A program made the translations under genes and the position numbers. The notes beneath the pieces are model-generated. The model had not been told where the DNA came from. It searched no databases and worked only from the letters and a program-made list of their open reading frames with translations. From a virus, in the IMG/VR virus record IMGVR_UViG_3300017950_000006, positions 25,994-89,993 of that record: a DNA stretch of 64,000 nt; one strand, 5' to 3'. Of this stretch, positions 1 through 10,870 are shown piece after piece. Within the stretch, counting starts at the first letter, position 1. Each line of letters opens with the position of its first letter.

Positions 1-633
1 GATACGTTATATAACGGCCCTGCATATTGTTATTCAGATGAAGAGATTAAAGAAACAGCCGATCGGTATGAAGCAGAAGTACGTAGTGTTACTAAAGAAG
101 ATATTGTTAATTTATTGTCTGAAAGAAATATTGTTAGTATTTTTCAAGGACGATCAGAGAACGGTCCACGTGCTTTAGGTAATAGAAGTTTCTTATATGA
201 TCCTACAGATCCAGATGGTAAAGATCATGTAAACAAAGTTAAACGCCGTGAATACTTCCGTCCATTTGCAGGTACAATTCTTGAAGAAGATGTACACGAA
301 TGGTTTAACTTACGTGGTATGAAATCATCACCTACAATGATGTATGCTGTAAATTGTCAGCCAGGAATTGAAGAAAAGATTCCTGCTATTATTCACGTAG
401 ACGGTACTTGTCGTATCCAAACAGTGAATGAAAAACAAAACCCACACTACTATAATCTAATTAAAGCATTTAAAGAAAAAACTGGGATTCCTATGGTGTT
501 TAATACTAGTTTTAATTTAGGCGGAGATCCGCTAGTTGAAACGCTTGACGATGCTATTAGAACGCTTGCAAAAAGTGATGTAGAGTACCTATATTTGCCT
601 GAATACGATACCTTAATTACAGTTAAAAATTAA
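1..633 (+). CDS. Carbamoyltransferase (NodU/CmcH/TobZ family), C-terminal YrdC-like domain; 5'-truncated by the window edge
   Basis: Frame is open from base 1. Motifs GRSENGPRALGNRS, KRREYFRPFA, HVDGTCRIQTV and NTSFN are typical of the carbamoyltransferase C domain. Confidence 0.9.
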   Translation, partial: DTLYNGPAYCYSDEEIKETADRYEAEVRSVTKEDIVNLLSERNIVSIFQGRSENGPRALGNRSFLYDPTDPDGKDHVNKVKRREYFRPFAGTILEEDVHEWFNLRGMKSSPTMMYAVNCQPGIEEKIPAIIHVDGTCRIQTVNEKQNPHYYNLIKAFKEKTGIPMVFNTSFNLGGDPLVETLDDAIRTLAKSDVEYLYLPEYDTLITVKN

Positions 634-647
634 ATCCTCATAAGCGA

Positions 648-653
648 TAAATA
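648..653 (+). promoter_or_regulatory. Late-promoter-like TAAATA box
   Basis: gaTAAATAc upstream of an SD (GAGGA) and the ATG at 671; the same motif recurs before structural genes. Confidence 0.6.
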
Positions 654-670
654 CTATAAAGAGGACTAAA

Positions 671-1090
671 ATGTTTGATATCGGTAAATTTTTCGGCAAG
701 GGATTAAAGAACACAGTGCTAATGAAAAACGGCGCTAATATAAGTTATCACGGCCCTTGGAAAAAAATAACAGAAGATACGGTAATCGACCGTTGGCTAG
801 TTGGTGATTTTTGTGCCGCAGAATATACTATTGTAGCAGATCTTTCAACATTCCAAAAAGAAATTATCAAGTGTTTAGTAGTTGCTGGACCTAGTACTGC
901 TGAATTAGTAGTGTACGGACGTTCAAATCTTGGAAATCAAATTATCGACTTAACTGCAACAGTTAATGACAGTTATGTTAACATCATTGCTAATGCAAAA
1001 CCACTCGATGATTCAGCACCAGGACGAGGTGCGAAACTAGTTTTCAGTGCCAATTACTATCAAACACAAAATGTTTTAGTACCTGCTTAA
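671..1090 (+). CDS. Hypothetical protein, probably virion-associated
   Basis: 139-aa beta-rich ORF with SD, late promoter and structural-gene context. Confidence 0.5.
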   Translation: MFDIGKFFGKGLKNTVLMKNGANISYHGPWKKITEDTVIDRWLVGDFCAAEYTIVADLSTFQKEIIKCLVVAGPSTAELVVYGRSNLGNQIIDLTATVNDSYVNIIANAKPLDDSAPGRGAKLVFSANYYQTQNVLVPA

Positions 1091-1123
1091 CGAGCAGATA
1101 AATATGTGTAATTGGAGCATCAT

Positions 1124-2161
1124 ATGGCAGTAACTTATAACCCTTTCGAGTCAGAGCATGGATTTAAAAGCCCAGGCTTTACAGTTGATGATAACGGTAA
1201 TGTTACAGTTCGTAGTCTTTCTTATATTGAGGAAGAAGAAGTAGTTCTTGAAGGTAGATTATATTTTAATCAATTAGGAACAGGCGATCAAGCAGTTTAT
1301 ACTCAGGACGGCGTATTTGCACCAGGTTCAGATGTCCTTAGGCAAAATCCTCCATTACAATTTACTAGAGGTGAAACATATTCATTTAACTTAAATAATT
1401 TTAATTATCTTACATGGAATATTTGGCAAGAAGATCTAACAGGAAATTCAGCAGTTACAATTAATGGAACTCCAGTAGTTTATTATAACAATGGAATTAG
1501 TTATAAAGTTAGCGATACTGATGTTTCAACACTAGAAGGACAAGATGCACAAGGAAAAACTAATGGTGTATTTTTCTTCGAGGTTCCACCTTTAGCACCT
1601 GAAACATTATACTATGGAACAGGTGATGGATCTATATTTGGTGTTATTACAACAGCAGATCCAACTATTACAGGTGTTGGTAGTTTTAGTTCTTTAAATG
1701 TTATTGGAGATGCAACATTTACAGGACAAGATTCAGAAATTACTATTGCACCATCTGGTCAGTATGGTACTGTTACAATTAGTCCTGGCGGAGCAGGTAC
1801 ATTAAGTAATATGTACGTCCAAGCAATTACATTAGATGTAACAGATACGACTACAATTACTCCTGATAATAGAAGTGTAACAATAGCACCAACAGGAACA
1901 GGAATTTTAACACTATCATCTGGACTAACAGGATCTATCGATAACATGGAAATAGGTCAGTCAATTCCAAGAGATGGTTCATTCTTAGCCCTAAATGCAG
2001 AAAATGGGTTAAATAGTACAGTGATAGGAAATGTTACTCCAGAAGAGGCAACATTTACACAAGCAACAGGAAAAAACGCACCAGTGACTAGTCAACATTT
2101 AACAAACAAACAGTACGTAGATAATACAGCAACGGCGTTGGCTATTGCATTAGGAGTATAA
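1124..2161 (+). CDS. Putative virion/tail-fibre-type structural protein
   Basis: G/T-rich sequence with C-terminal TNKQYVD fibre motif and ALAIALG end. ATG at 1124 follows a GGAG SD; TAAATA at 1099-1104. Confidence 0.6.
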   Translation: MAVTYNPFESEHGFKSPGFTVDDNGNVTVRSLSYIEEEEVVLEGRLYFNQLGTGDQAVYTQDGVFAPGSDVLRQNPPLQFTRGETYSFNLNNFNYLTWNIWQEDLTGNSAVTINGTPVVYYNNGISYKVSDTDVSTLEGQDAQGKTNGVFFFEVPPLAPETLYYGTGDGSIFGVITTADPTITGVGSFSSLNVIGDATFTGQDSEITIAPSGQYGTVTISPGGAGTLSNMYVQAITLDVTDTTTITPDNRSVTIAPTGTGILTLSSGLTGSIDNMEIGQSIPRDGSFLALNAENGLNSTVIGNVTPEEATFTQATGKNAPVTSQHLTNKQYVDNTATALAIALGV

Positions 2162-2167
2162 TAAGAG

Positions 2168-5100
2168 ATGGCAAAAAGAAAAATTAATGAGTACATTTTC
2201 CATAACGGAATTTCTTATAGTGATAATTACTATCCTAATGCATATTGGTTAATTGAAAACAACGTTGAATTTATCATTGACGAAGTTCGTGCATATATTA
2301 ATACTAATATTGCAAAAGCCGCACAGCACACTCCAACAGACGCAACGTATAATCCGCAAACTGGAATAATGACACTGACTATTCCTAGTCATCCGTTTGT
2401 TCCAGGAGATCAAATTATTATTGAAGAAAGTGCGTTAGTGTTTACTTGTGGATTTGACAATTATGCAACCACACACGCATACCCAAGAGGTTCAGGAGCA
2501 CCAAACGATGCAGGAACTGATCCATATTTTGATGCACCGATTTTAATTACATCAACAACAACATCTACTATTACATTCTTTATTGGAATTTCATCAAATA
2601 CTTCAACACACGTTTTTGATTCAGCAGTTGCTAATGGTGTGCGAAGTGTGTTTTATAACTATGTAAATGATAGTGATGCTAAGTGTGAACGCGATATGCG
2701 TTATAATCTAATTGGTGGAGATAAGAATAATAGTGTTACAGATCAGCCAGGTGGATTATTATACGACTTAAGATATAAAGGTAATGAACAAGCACGTTAT
2801 CTAGCATCAACATATTGGGATAAAGCAATACCTCAGATTGATGGAGATAGAAATCCAGAAAGAGCCGCAAAGAATTTTTGTGCTTGGTTAATTAACAATT
2901 ACATTTTTACTAACGAAGCATGGACAACAAATCAAAGTCCTGCTGTAACAACACAAACTATTAATAGTGAATATATTGCAGAATCAGGCGCATCAAGTCA
3001 AGTTAATAAAGTATTAGTAGATACTATTGGTAGAGTTATTGTTGAAGGCACTGATGCAATGCCAGATTTCCATCGTGCAGAAATTAGTAGAGCAATTTTT
3101 CCAACAAAAGTAACACAAGACAATCTATTATTAATTACAAATACAACTACAAATCAAGTGTTGTTTAACTTTAGTGATCCATCTAAAGGCGCTGACGTAA
3201 AATATACATATGATTCTGTTGAATACACACCTACATATTTCTACTTTCAAAAATTCCTTGAAACTACTGATACAATTACTCAAGTATTATTCAACATAGA
3301 TACTACTAACGAAGAATATCTTACAAATTGTAGAGCATTACTTACAAATAACAAAGAGTTTATTAAAGACGAAGTACGTGCTTGGATCGCAGATCAAGTA
3401 GCAAATGCATCTGTAGGAAGTATCTGGGATGGATATACCTATAATGCGGCTAAGTGTGAAAGAGATACAGGATTTAACATTGACGCAATTATTGCTGATA
3501 TGCAATATGGTGGAAATGCAAACGTAAGAACCACAGCGTCAAAATATTGGAAGGGTCCTACTCCTCAAATTGACGGCACACGCGAACAAGAAATTGCCGC
3601 TAAAAACTTCATGCGTGATTTGGTTAACAATTATATTCTAACAAAAGCGGTATACCCAACAAAGCAAACAGGAACTCCAGAAACTACACAATACTTCTTA
3701 GGTGCAGATTGTGAACTTGGTGGGAACACAAGAGTTACATCACTTGTTTCAATTCTTACTGAAGTAATTGAAAAAGGTTTAGATTTTCTTCCAGTTGAAG
3801 ATAAGCCGAATGTATTTTCTGAAACAGATACACTTCAGATTTTTGTTGAGCAAGGTGATTTAAGAACAAGACCATATGATTTTGGTACTGATGCTATTGA
3901 AAGACAAAGAGTTGCAAATGCACTATCGATGCTTGATGCTGACTTTGAGTACGGATTACAGCCTACTAAATGGCAGGCAATTGGAACGATGCGTGGATAT
4001 CCATCAACATATGAAGTTCCGGGAACAGATACCGCAGTACAAAGTGTTATTACAGATGCGTCAGACGGCTCTGAAGGCATTGGTCAATCATTAATTACAG
4101 TTGTAACGGTTGGACCACATGGCGTACTTGCTGGACAGCCTATTACTATTAGAGGATTAGATGGCGCTGTTAAAGGCAACGGTCGTGCAGAAGGTACATT
4201 TATTGTTAATACTATTGTTAATAATTCAACATTTACATACTATGCAAAAGCAAAAGTTGGCACAGCCGCTGGAACACAGTTAGTAACATTTTATACAATT
4301 TTAAGACAGGCGGCATTTTATACAGGTGCGGCAATCCAAGGAGATACAGCAGGCTTTGTAGTTACATCTCAAGGATCATCAGGCTCATTTAGTCTTGCAT
4401 TAGGAGTTGATGCTGAAGAAAATAGATTACCTATTCAAGGAACACCACCAAGTCTTGGTGCTCCACTACAAGCAACCGGCGGAGGAATTCCAGTAGGTTC
4501 TCAGGTTACTGGTATCACTGGCGACGGAAATATTATTACAACTCCGGTTACTACCGCTGATACACCACAAGGAAGTTTTACAATATCTGTTGAAGATGCA
4601 ACTGATGTTGAAATTGGTTCAGCATTAGATAGAGGTGACGGATCAGCGGCCTTTGTTACTAATGTTGTAGGTAATGATTTAACTATTAGTTCAGCAACTA
4701 CACAAGTACTAGTTGGTAATAGAGTTTTATACTCAGGATTAACTGGAACAAATGATACTACAATTGGTAACGGTGCTACGTTTGATGTAACTAGAACAAG
4801 TGGAGTATACGCAGTATCACTTGGAAATACAGGACAAGATTATAAAATCGGTGATAACATTGTTATTAGTGGTGGAAGTTTAGGCGGAACAGATACAACA
4901 AACGATTTACGTATTGTTATTGAAGATGTTGACACTGGTGGAGAAATAGTTTCATTCGCATTCAGCGGTACAGGATTTGACGGTGAAGGAACATTCTTTG
5001 GAGTTAATGGACAACTTGCTGGCGGACAAGGTACTGATCCAGTATTTGATATTACATATACTAACAACGTTTATACTGCAAGTGTAGCATCACCTGATAC

Positions 5101-8100
5101 ATCATCAGGATATACAGTTGGCGATATTATTGTTATTGATGGTTTTGATGTTGGCGGACAAAGTGTAACCAACGATGCATTTATTAAAGTTGAAACTGTT
5201 GGGGCTGGCGGCTCTATTACTAGTGTATCAACTACAGGTACAGCAGTTGACGCTGATGTGAGTTATTCATCTCCTCCTTACACATCAACTACTATATCAG
5301 GTCTTGGTGCTGACTTTAACGTACAACGTATCGGTACTGTTTATTCAGTAGTAGTAACTAATCCAGGTACAGGATACTTAGCGGCAGAAACATTTACAAT
5401 TTTAGGATCAGAACTTGGTGGCGCTGACGGAACAAATAACTTAACAATTACAATCACTACTGTTGATGTTAACGGCGGTATTACTGGAGTAAGTACAGCA
5501 GGTACAGCAATTAATACAAGATCATATGGTTATGTTTCAGGTACTAACCAAATTGGATCTGGAGCAACATTCCAAATTGATCTAAGTGGCGGCGCTTATA
5601 CAATTAATATTGAAGGTGCAGGCCAAAGGTATGGTGTTGATCAAGTTATTAATATTTTAGGTACTCAAGTTAGCGGCACAGTTCCAGAAAACGACATTGC
5701 TATTACTATTACTTCTATTCAAAATGATGGAGGTATTACAGGAATATCATTTACAGGATCAGGTGCTACAGGATCAGGAACATATCTTGGAGCAATTGGC
5801 GATAACGATCCAAACTCTGGTGCAGATGCAGTCTTTAGTGTAACTAGAGATGCTGGAACTTATTCTATTGTTAATGCAACCGACAACGGTAGCGGATATA
5901 AAGTTGGTGATAGAATTATTATTCCAGGTGATCAATTAGGTGGCGACACTCCTACAAACGATTTAACACTTCGTTGTACAGTTGAATCTACTGAAGGTGA
6001 TTTCTTAGGAATTGATATTAGCGGAACAGCAGTTCCAGGCAGTACATTAGATCTTTATAGTTCTATAACAATGTCAGAGGAAACAACATCTAATATTAGT
6101 CAAGCAACAGTTATTACTTATAGTGCATTAGCAAGTATTAGAGTTACATTCCAAACACCTCATGGTCTTGTACCTGGAGATAGTTTTGCTGTAACTATAT
6201 CATCTGATGATGGTGCTAATCTTCATAACTTAGCGGCTGGACCGTTCAGTGCTACAGCAGTTCCTAGTTTAACACAATTAGAATATCAATGTAGATCACC
6301 AGGATTTATTGATACTGGAACAGCAAACGATCAACCAATTATTGGTGCAGTTTATCCAAGACCAGATTCGTTCTTTCTCCACAGACCATATGATGGTGGT
6401 GTTCAGTTAGGAACAGGTGGTCCACAACACGGTGCTCAAGCAATTAGACAGAGTAAAAAGTATATTAGATATCAGTCAGGTAAAGGTATTATGTACACAA
6501 CTGGTGCACTTTTTGCTCCAAGTTATAATATTCTTAATATTACAGCAAGCAATACATCACCAGGATCTGTAATCACTGTAACTACTGATGAAACAGAACA
6601 CGGGTTACAAGTTGGCGGACAAATTCGTATTATCGGAGTTGACACTGTAGGATATAATGATACTTACACTGTATCAGCGGTCAATGACGAAAATGAATTT
6701 GAAATTATTGCTGTAAATGCACTAGGATCAGTTACTCCTGAACTAAGTTCGGAATGTCAAGTGTCAATTAGTAAGTTTCACGGTGCAACTGTACGTTCAG
6801 GAGCATTTGATGATCAAAACGGTATCTTCTTTGAATATGACGGTACACAATTTAGTGCTGTACAAAGAACTGCTACTTTACAATTAGCAGGTGTTGTTGA
6901 TATCGATGTTGACTCTAACACTTGTACAGGAACAGGAACAAGATTTAGAGAACAACTAAAAGCAGGTGATAGAATTGTTCTTAAAGGTATGACTCACGTT
7001 GTATCCCAGGTTGTTGACAATACAACAATGTACCTTGCACCTGACTTCCGTGGTGTTACTAATGTACGTTCAAGTAAGATTTGTTTAGTAAGAGATAAGA
7101 AAACAGAACAAAAAGATTTTAACAGAGACAGAGGTGACGGAACAGGACCAAGTGGATATAACATTGATATCAGTAAGATGCAGATGGTAGGTATTCAATA
7201 TTCATGGTACGGTGCTGGTTTTATTGATTATATGCTACGTGGTGCAGATGGTAACTTTGTGTTTATGCACAGAATGAGAAACTCAAACATTAACACAGAA
7301 GCATTTATGCGTACAGGTAATATGCCAGTACGTTACGAAATTACTAACGAAGGACCAAGTGGTAAACTTTCACAAAATATTGACGCAGTAGTTGACACTA
7401 TTCCGTTAGTAGATGCTTCGTTCTTTCCACCAGAAGGCGGAACAGTTTATATTGATGCAGAAATGATACGTTTCACTGGAGTTGATGGTAAAAACTTAAT
7501 AGGTTGTACACGAGCAAGTACAATGACAAACTTTGCATCAGGCGCTACAAGAACATATAGCGGTGGACCAGCGGCGCAACATACACGAAATACAGGAGTT
7601 GTATTAATTAGTAATACAGCGTCACCGGTTATTTCACACTGGGGTTCAGCGTTTATTACAGACGGCGGCTTTGACTCAGATCGTGGATACTTGTTCTCAT
7701 ACAAATCAACTGGAGTTCAAGTTAGCACAACAAGAACAACATCATTCTTGCTTAGACTAGCACCGTCAGTATCTAACGCACTAGTTGGAGACTTGGGTGA
7801 AAGAGAACTACTTAACAGAGCACAGTTACTACTTGAAGGTCTTGAGATTACAACAGACCAACCGGTAGCGTTAGACACGGGCGGTATTGTTATTGAAGGT
7901 ATTTTGAATCCACAAAACTATCCATTAAACCCAGCGGACGTTGGTTGGCAGGGACTGTCAGGACTAGCACAAGGTGGACAGCCTAGTTTTGCACAAGTAG
8001 CACCAGGTGGTTCTACTAACTGGAACTCGGGTGATATACCAACCCAATCACTAGTCCTTACACAGGCACCGATTACTGCCGCTGTTACAGGTGTTGATAG

Positions 8101-8839
8101 AGGATATAGAAATAATAACGACTATTGGGATAATGCTGTGCGTACAGGAAGAAACTTCTTCTGGGTACAAGAGTCATTTTATGCGGCAAATCAAGCCTTA
8201 TTCCAAGTAGGTATTGAAATAGAATCACCAGGAAACTTCCCAGCAGGTACTACTATTCAACAAGTTGGTTCTTGGACAACGAGTTCGGCTAGTTCAGGAA
8301 CAATTAGACCAATTTATCTTAGTTCCAATGGTCAAACAAACGTTACAACCGGATCAATAGCCATTACATTTAAGAAAACGTTTAAAGAAGCACCAACTAA
8401 CAACATCTTCTTTGACAAAACTAGTTTTGATGCGGCTGGTGTAGCACAAGGTACTAACGTAAGTGATGGCAGATTCCCAGCAGGAACACAGGTATCTACA
8501 GTTAGTATTGGTGAATATAATAATGTAGAATATTATAGCGTAACATTTAACCAAACTTCAGATAACAGTGCTATTACTGCAGGTACTACAACTATTGAAT
8601 TTGAATTTGTGCAACCACCGTTTGCTCAACCAGGCGAAACTATCTTCTCATTCATTGCACAGCCTGGAGAAAGATCAACTCTTGATCTATCATTCATTAA
8701 GGAATTAACTAATACTACACTAGGTGGTAGAGGTACATTCCCGAATGGTCCAGACGTATTAGCAATTAACGTTTATAAGACATCGGGTGCGTCAATCATT
8801 AGTAACATTGTACTACGTTGGTCGGAAGCACAAGCATAA
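2168..8839 (+). CDS. Giant virion structural protein (baseplate/fibre-like) with internal repeats
   Basis: 2223 aa, G/T/S-rich. Two KCERD helical repeats and five ~85-aa Gly-rich beta repeats, like large structural proteins of marine T4-like phages. Confidence 0.7.
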   Translation: MAKRKINEYIFHNGISYSDNYYPNAYWLIENNVEFIIDEVRAYINTNIAKAAQHTPTDATYNPQTGIMTLTIPSHPFVPGDQIIIEESALVFTCGFDNYATTHAYPRGSGAPNDAGTDPYFDAPILITSTTTSTITFFIGISSNTSTHVFDSAVANGVRSVFYNYVNDSDAKCERDMRYNLIGGDKNNSVTDQPGGLLYDLRYKGNEQARYLASTYWDKAIPQIDGDRNPERAAKNFCAWLINNYIFTNEAWTTNQSPAVTTQTINSEYIAESGASSQVNKVLVDTIGRVIVEGTDAMPDFHRAEISRAIFPTKVTQDNLLLITNTTTNQVLFNFSDPSKGADVKYTYDSVEYTPTYFYFQKFLETTDTITQVLFNIDTTNEEYLTNCRALLTNNKEFIKDEVRAWIADQVANASVGSIWDGYTYNAAKCERDTGFNIDAIIADMQYGGNANVRTTASKYWKGPTPQIDGTREQEIAAKNFMRDLVNNYILTKAVYPTKQTGTPETTQYFLGADCELGGNTRVTSLVSILTEVIEKGLDFLPVEDKPNVFSETDTLQIFVEQGDLRTRPYDFGTDAIERQRVANALSMLDADFEYGLQPTKWQAIGTMRGYPSTYEVPGTDTAVQSVITDASDGSEGIGQSLITVVTVGPHGVLAGQPITIRGLDGAVKGNGRAEGTFIVNTIVNNSTFTYYAKAKVGTAAGTQLVTFYTILRQAAFYTGAAIQGDTAGFVVTSQGSSGSFSLALGVDAEENRLPIQGTPPSLGAPLQATGGGIPVGSQVTGITGDGNIITTPVTTADTPQGSFTISVEDATDVEIGSALDRGDGSAAFVTNVVGNDLTISSATTQVLVGNRVLYSGLTGTNDTTIGNGATFDVTRTSGVYAVSLGNTGQDYKIGDNIVISGGSLGGTDTTNDLRIVIEDVDTGGEIVSFAFSGTGFDGEGTFFGVNGQLAGGQGTDPVFDITYTNNVYTASVASPDTSSGYTVGDIIVIDGFDVGGQSVTNDAFIKVETVGAGGSITSVSTTGTAVDADVSYSSPPYTSTTISGLGADFNVQRIGTVYSVVVTNPGTGYLAAETFTILGSELGGADGTNNLTITITTVDVNGGITGVSTAGTAINTRSYGYVSGTNQIGSGATFQIDLSGGAYTINIEGAGQRYGVDQVINILGTQVSGTVPENDIAITITSIQNDGGITGISFTGSGATGSGTYLGAIGDNDPNSGADAVFSVTRDAGTYSIVNATDNGSGYKVGDRIIIPGDQLGGDTPTNDLTLRCTVESTEGDFLGIDISGTAVPGSTLDLYSSITMSEETTSNISQATVITYSALASIRVTFQTPHGLVPGDSFAVTISSDDGANLHNLAAGPFSATAVPSLTQLEYQCRSPGFIDTGTANDQPIIGAVYPRPDSFFLHRPYDGGVQLGTGGPQHGAQAIRQSKKYIRYQSGKGIMYTTGALFAPSYNILNITASNTSPGSVITVTTDETEHGLQVGGQIRIIGVDTVGYNDTYTVSAVNDENEFEIIAVNALGSVTPELSSECQVSISKFHGATVRSGAFDDQNGIFFEYDGTQFSAVQRTATLQLAGVVDIDVDSNTCTGTGTRFREQLKAGDRIVLKGMTHVVSQVVDNTTMYLAPDFRGVTNVRSSKICLVRDKKTEQKDFNRDRGDGTGPSGYNIDISKMQMVGIQYSWYGAGFIDYMLRGADGNFVFMHRMRNSNINTEAFMRTGNMPVRYEITNEGPSGKLSQNIDAVVDTIPLVDASFFPPEGGTVYIDAEMIRFTGVDGKNLIGCTRASTMTNFASGATRTYSGGPAAQHTRNTGVVLISNTASPVISHWGSAFITDGGFDSDRGYLFSYKSTGVQVSTTRTTSFLLRLAPSVSNALVGDLGERELLNRAQLLLEGLEITTDQPVALDTGGIVIEGILNPQNYPLNPADVGWQGLSGLAQGGQPSFAQVAPGGSTNWNSGDIPTQSLVLTQAPITAAVTGVDRGYRNNNDYWDNAVRTGRNFFWVQESFYAANQALFQVGIEIESPGNFPAGTTIQQVGSWTTSSASSGTIRPIYLSSNGQTNVTTGSIAITFKKTFKEAPTNNIFFDKTSFDAAGVAQGTNVSDGRFPAGTQVSTVSIGEYNNVEYYSVTFNQTSDNSAITAGTTTIEFEFVQPPFAQPGETIFSFIAQPGERSTLDLSFIKELTNTTLGGRGTFPNGPDVLAINVYKTSGASIISNIVLRWSEAQA

Positions 8840-8964
8840 TGGAAATCACAGCAGATCTAATTAGAGCAATGAACGAAACATCGTGGGTAGATGGTATTGG
8901 TACTATTGTTGTACTATTATTAGCCTATGCGGCTTATCGTTGGATTAAAAATAAGACTAAGTAG
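8839..8964 (+). CDS. 41-aa single-pass membrane protein (absent from ORF track)
   Basis: MEITADLIRAMNETSWVDGIGTIVVLLLAYAAYRWIKNKTK. ATG overlaps the upstream TAA (TAATG); one hydrophobic span and a basic tail. Confidence 0.6.
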   Translation: MEITADLIRAMNETSWVDGIGTIVVLLLAYAAYRWIKNKTK

Positions 8965-9361
8965 GCATCGGCGGCGGATTATTTTTCTTTATAACATCTT
9001 TTTGACTGTCACCTGGAATAATGCGGTAGTTGTCTTCAACTGAATCTGGTGTACTTACTTCACTTACAGAACTATTTGGTTCTAACGCAATAAGTTGGTG
9101 CGGTTGTAGTGGTGGATTATGCCAAGTATCCCCGGGTTTCAATTCTTTGCTGTATAATACAGCATCTTTTGTGTCAATCCATTTAACTTCAAAACGTCCT
9201 TGGTTAACAAACCAGGTTTCGTCTTTCTCTTTATGAAAATGCATAGAAAATTTAGCACCTGCTTTTTCAAATACCATAATTTTTCCGCAGTACTTGTCAT
9301 TAGTAGCCCAGATTAACTCGTAGCCCCAACCTTTTTCAACTTTACCATCAAGTCGACTCAT
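8957..9361 (-). CDS. Cupin, mannose-6-phosphate isomerase-like
   Basis: KGWGYE, SMHFHKEKDETW, PHQL and EVSTPD cupin motifs; last gene of the heptose operon. Confidence 0.75.
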   Translation of the reverse strand: MSRLDGKVEKGWGYELIWATNDKYCGKIMVFEKAGAKFSMHFHKEKDETWFVNQGRFEVKWIDTKDAVLYSKELKPGDTWHNPPLQPHQLIALEPNSSVSEVSTPDSVEDNYRIIPGDSQKDVIKKNNPPPMPT

Positions 9362-10059
9362 TCTTTACTCCATTTTTTCATAAAATTTTTGTATGCTCCA
9401 CGAAACTTACTTTGAAAGATCATATTACTAACAAAACTAGCACGATACTTCTCTTGATCTTCGTCTTGTACAGTCGTTTCTAACTCAGTAAGTCTAATAG
9501 GAATGTACATTGCTAAAGGTGTACCTTTTTCTATTAAAAATTCACCTTCTTTTTTAATTAGTAGTTGTTGATTGATCTGATGACTCCATTCGGTATGGGT
9601 AACACCAGGCATACATTCAAAATATTCATTAAAATCATAAAACATCGGTAATTGCATCATTGCCCAACCCGGACTTGTGCGTACACGCCACGGACAATCG
9701 GTTTTCGCAACACATAAAAACTTATCTTTCACATTTTCTGGCAAATAGTTTTTAAACTGTTCGTCATAATGTAAACTCATAGTAAAATCTTCATTACTCG
9801 AATGCCATGCAAACTCGTTCTTCGTTACTTTCAGGTGAAAATCACACCACATAGTAACTACATAAGCATTTTTATAATAATCAACAAAACCAGGACAGTT
9901 TTTTAATGTGCCTTTGTCTTTAAAATTATCCTCTTGAATAAATTTAGGCATATTTTTAAACCATAACGGCAGAAACTTAGTAGCAGACTGTACCGGTTCT
10001 ACTTTAGTAAGACCAGGTACTACACTCCACCATTCAACTTTACATTTATTTTGACTCAT
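9358..10059 (-). CDS. Hypothetical protein (KxCP family, possibly dUTPase-like beta fold); paralog of 51860-52573
   Basis: Shares P.W(F/W)K.MP, TLK.CP, PW..R and G.P motifs with 51860-52573. Start chosen at ATG 10059. Confidence 0.55.
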   Translation of the reverse strand: MSQNKCKVEWWSVVPGLTKVEPVQSATKFLPLWFKNMPKFIQEDNFKDKGTLKNCPGFVDYYKNAYVVTMWCDFHLKVTKNEFAWHSSNEDFTMSLHYDEQFKNYLPENVKDKFLCVAKTDCPWRVRTSPGWAMMQLPMFYDFNEYFECMPGVTHTEWSHQINQQLLIKKEGEFLIEKGTPLAMYIPIRLTELETTVQDEDQEKYRASFVSNMIFQSKFRGAYKNFMKKWSKE

Positions 10060-10870
10060 GTATCCATTCCGTTGGTCTAATAAAAGAATGATCAATTACA
10101 TTAAGCAATTTTGTGTTATCAGCACAGGTGTACTCTTGATATTGACTTTTTAATTTTTCAGGCATAGGTATATATTCTATTCTAGCATCATATTTTTTAG
10201 CAATGGTTAACGCAATGTCTTTGAATGATGTTGCAGTACCAGTACCTAAGTTAAAAATACCATTTACGTCTTTTTCTAACATTTTTTCATGCACTAAACA
10301 CACATCCTGTACACTAATAAAATCACGCAAGTAATTTTCACTATTTTCAAACAATGTAATCACACCACGTTCTTTGGCTTGTTTAGTAAACTTAGTTATT
10401 GGACTTGCTTGATCTCCTTTATGGTCTTCATAATTTCCATATACATTAAAATAACGGAATCCTTGAATATTAATTTTAAAGTCATCATTAAAATCATTAA
10501 CCCATCTATCAATAAGATACTTGCTCCATGCATAAGGACTTTGTGGAAAGCATTTAGATGTTTCACGAAATCCATCTGCTCCAGGCCCATACACACTTGC
10601 TGAACTTGAAAACTGTAAACTAGTACCCATCATATCACAAATTTCAATAAGTTTCATTGTCCATTCATAATTTTGTTTTAATACCTTTTCAACATCGGAT
10701 TCAGTAGTACTTGAAATAGCACCGCAGTGAATAATACGATCATATTGTTGAGCATCAGGAAACTTGTTTTCTTGCCACTCCCAACCTTCAACATCATGTC
10801 CTTTATGTTGTAAGTAAGAAGAAAGATTTTTACCAATAAATCCTTCATGTCCTGTAACTAAAATTTTCAT
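10046..10870 (-). CDS. hldD: ADP-L-glycero-D-manno-heptose 6-epimerase (extended SDR)
   Basis: TGxxGFIG, HCGAISSTTE, SSASVYG, YAWSK, RYFNVYG..E.HKG and YQEYT.AD motifs. Confidence 0.85.
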   Translation of the reverse strand: MKILVTGHEGFIGKNLSSYLQHKGHDVEGWEWQENKFPDAQQYDRIIHCGAISSTTESDVEKVLKQNYEWTMKLIEICDMMGTSLQFSSSASVYGPGADGFRETSKCFPQSPYAWSKYLIDRWVNDFNDDFKINIQGFRYFNVYGNYEDHKGDQASPITKFTKQAKERGVITLFENSENYLRDFISVQDVCLVHEKMLEKDVNGIFNLGTGTATSFKDIALTIAKKYDARIEYIPMPEKLKSQYQEYTCADNTKLLNVIDHSFIRPTEWIHESK

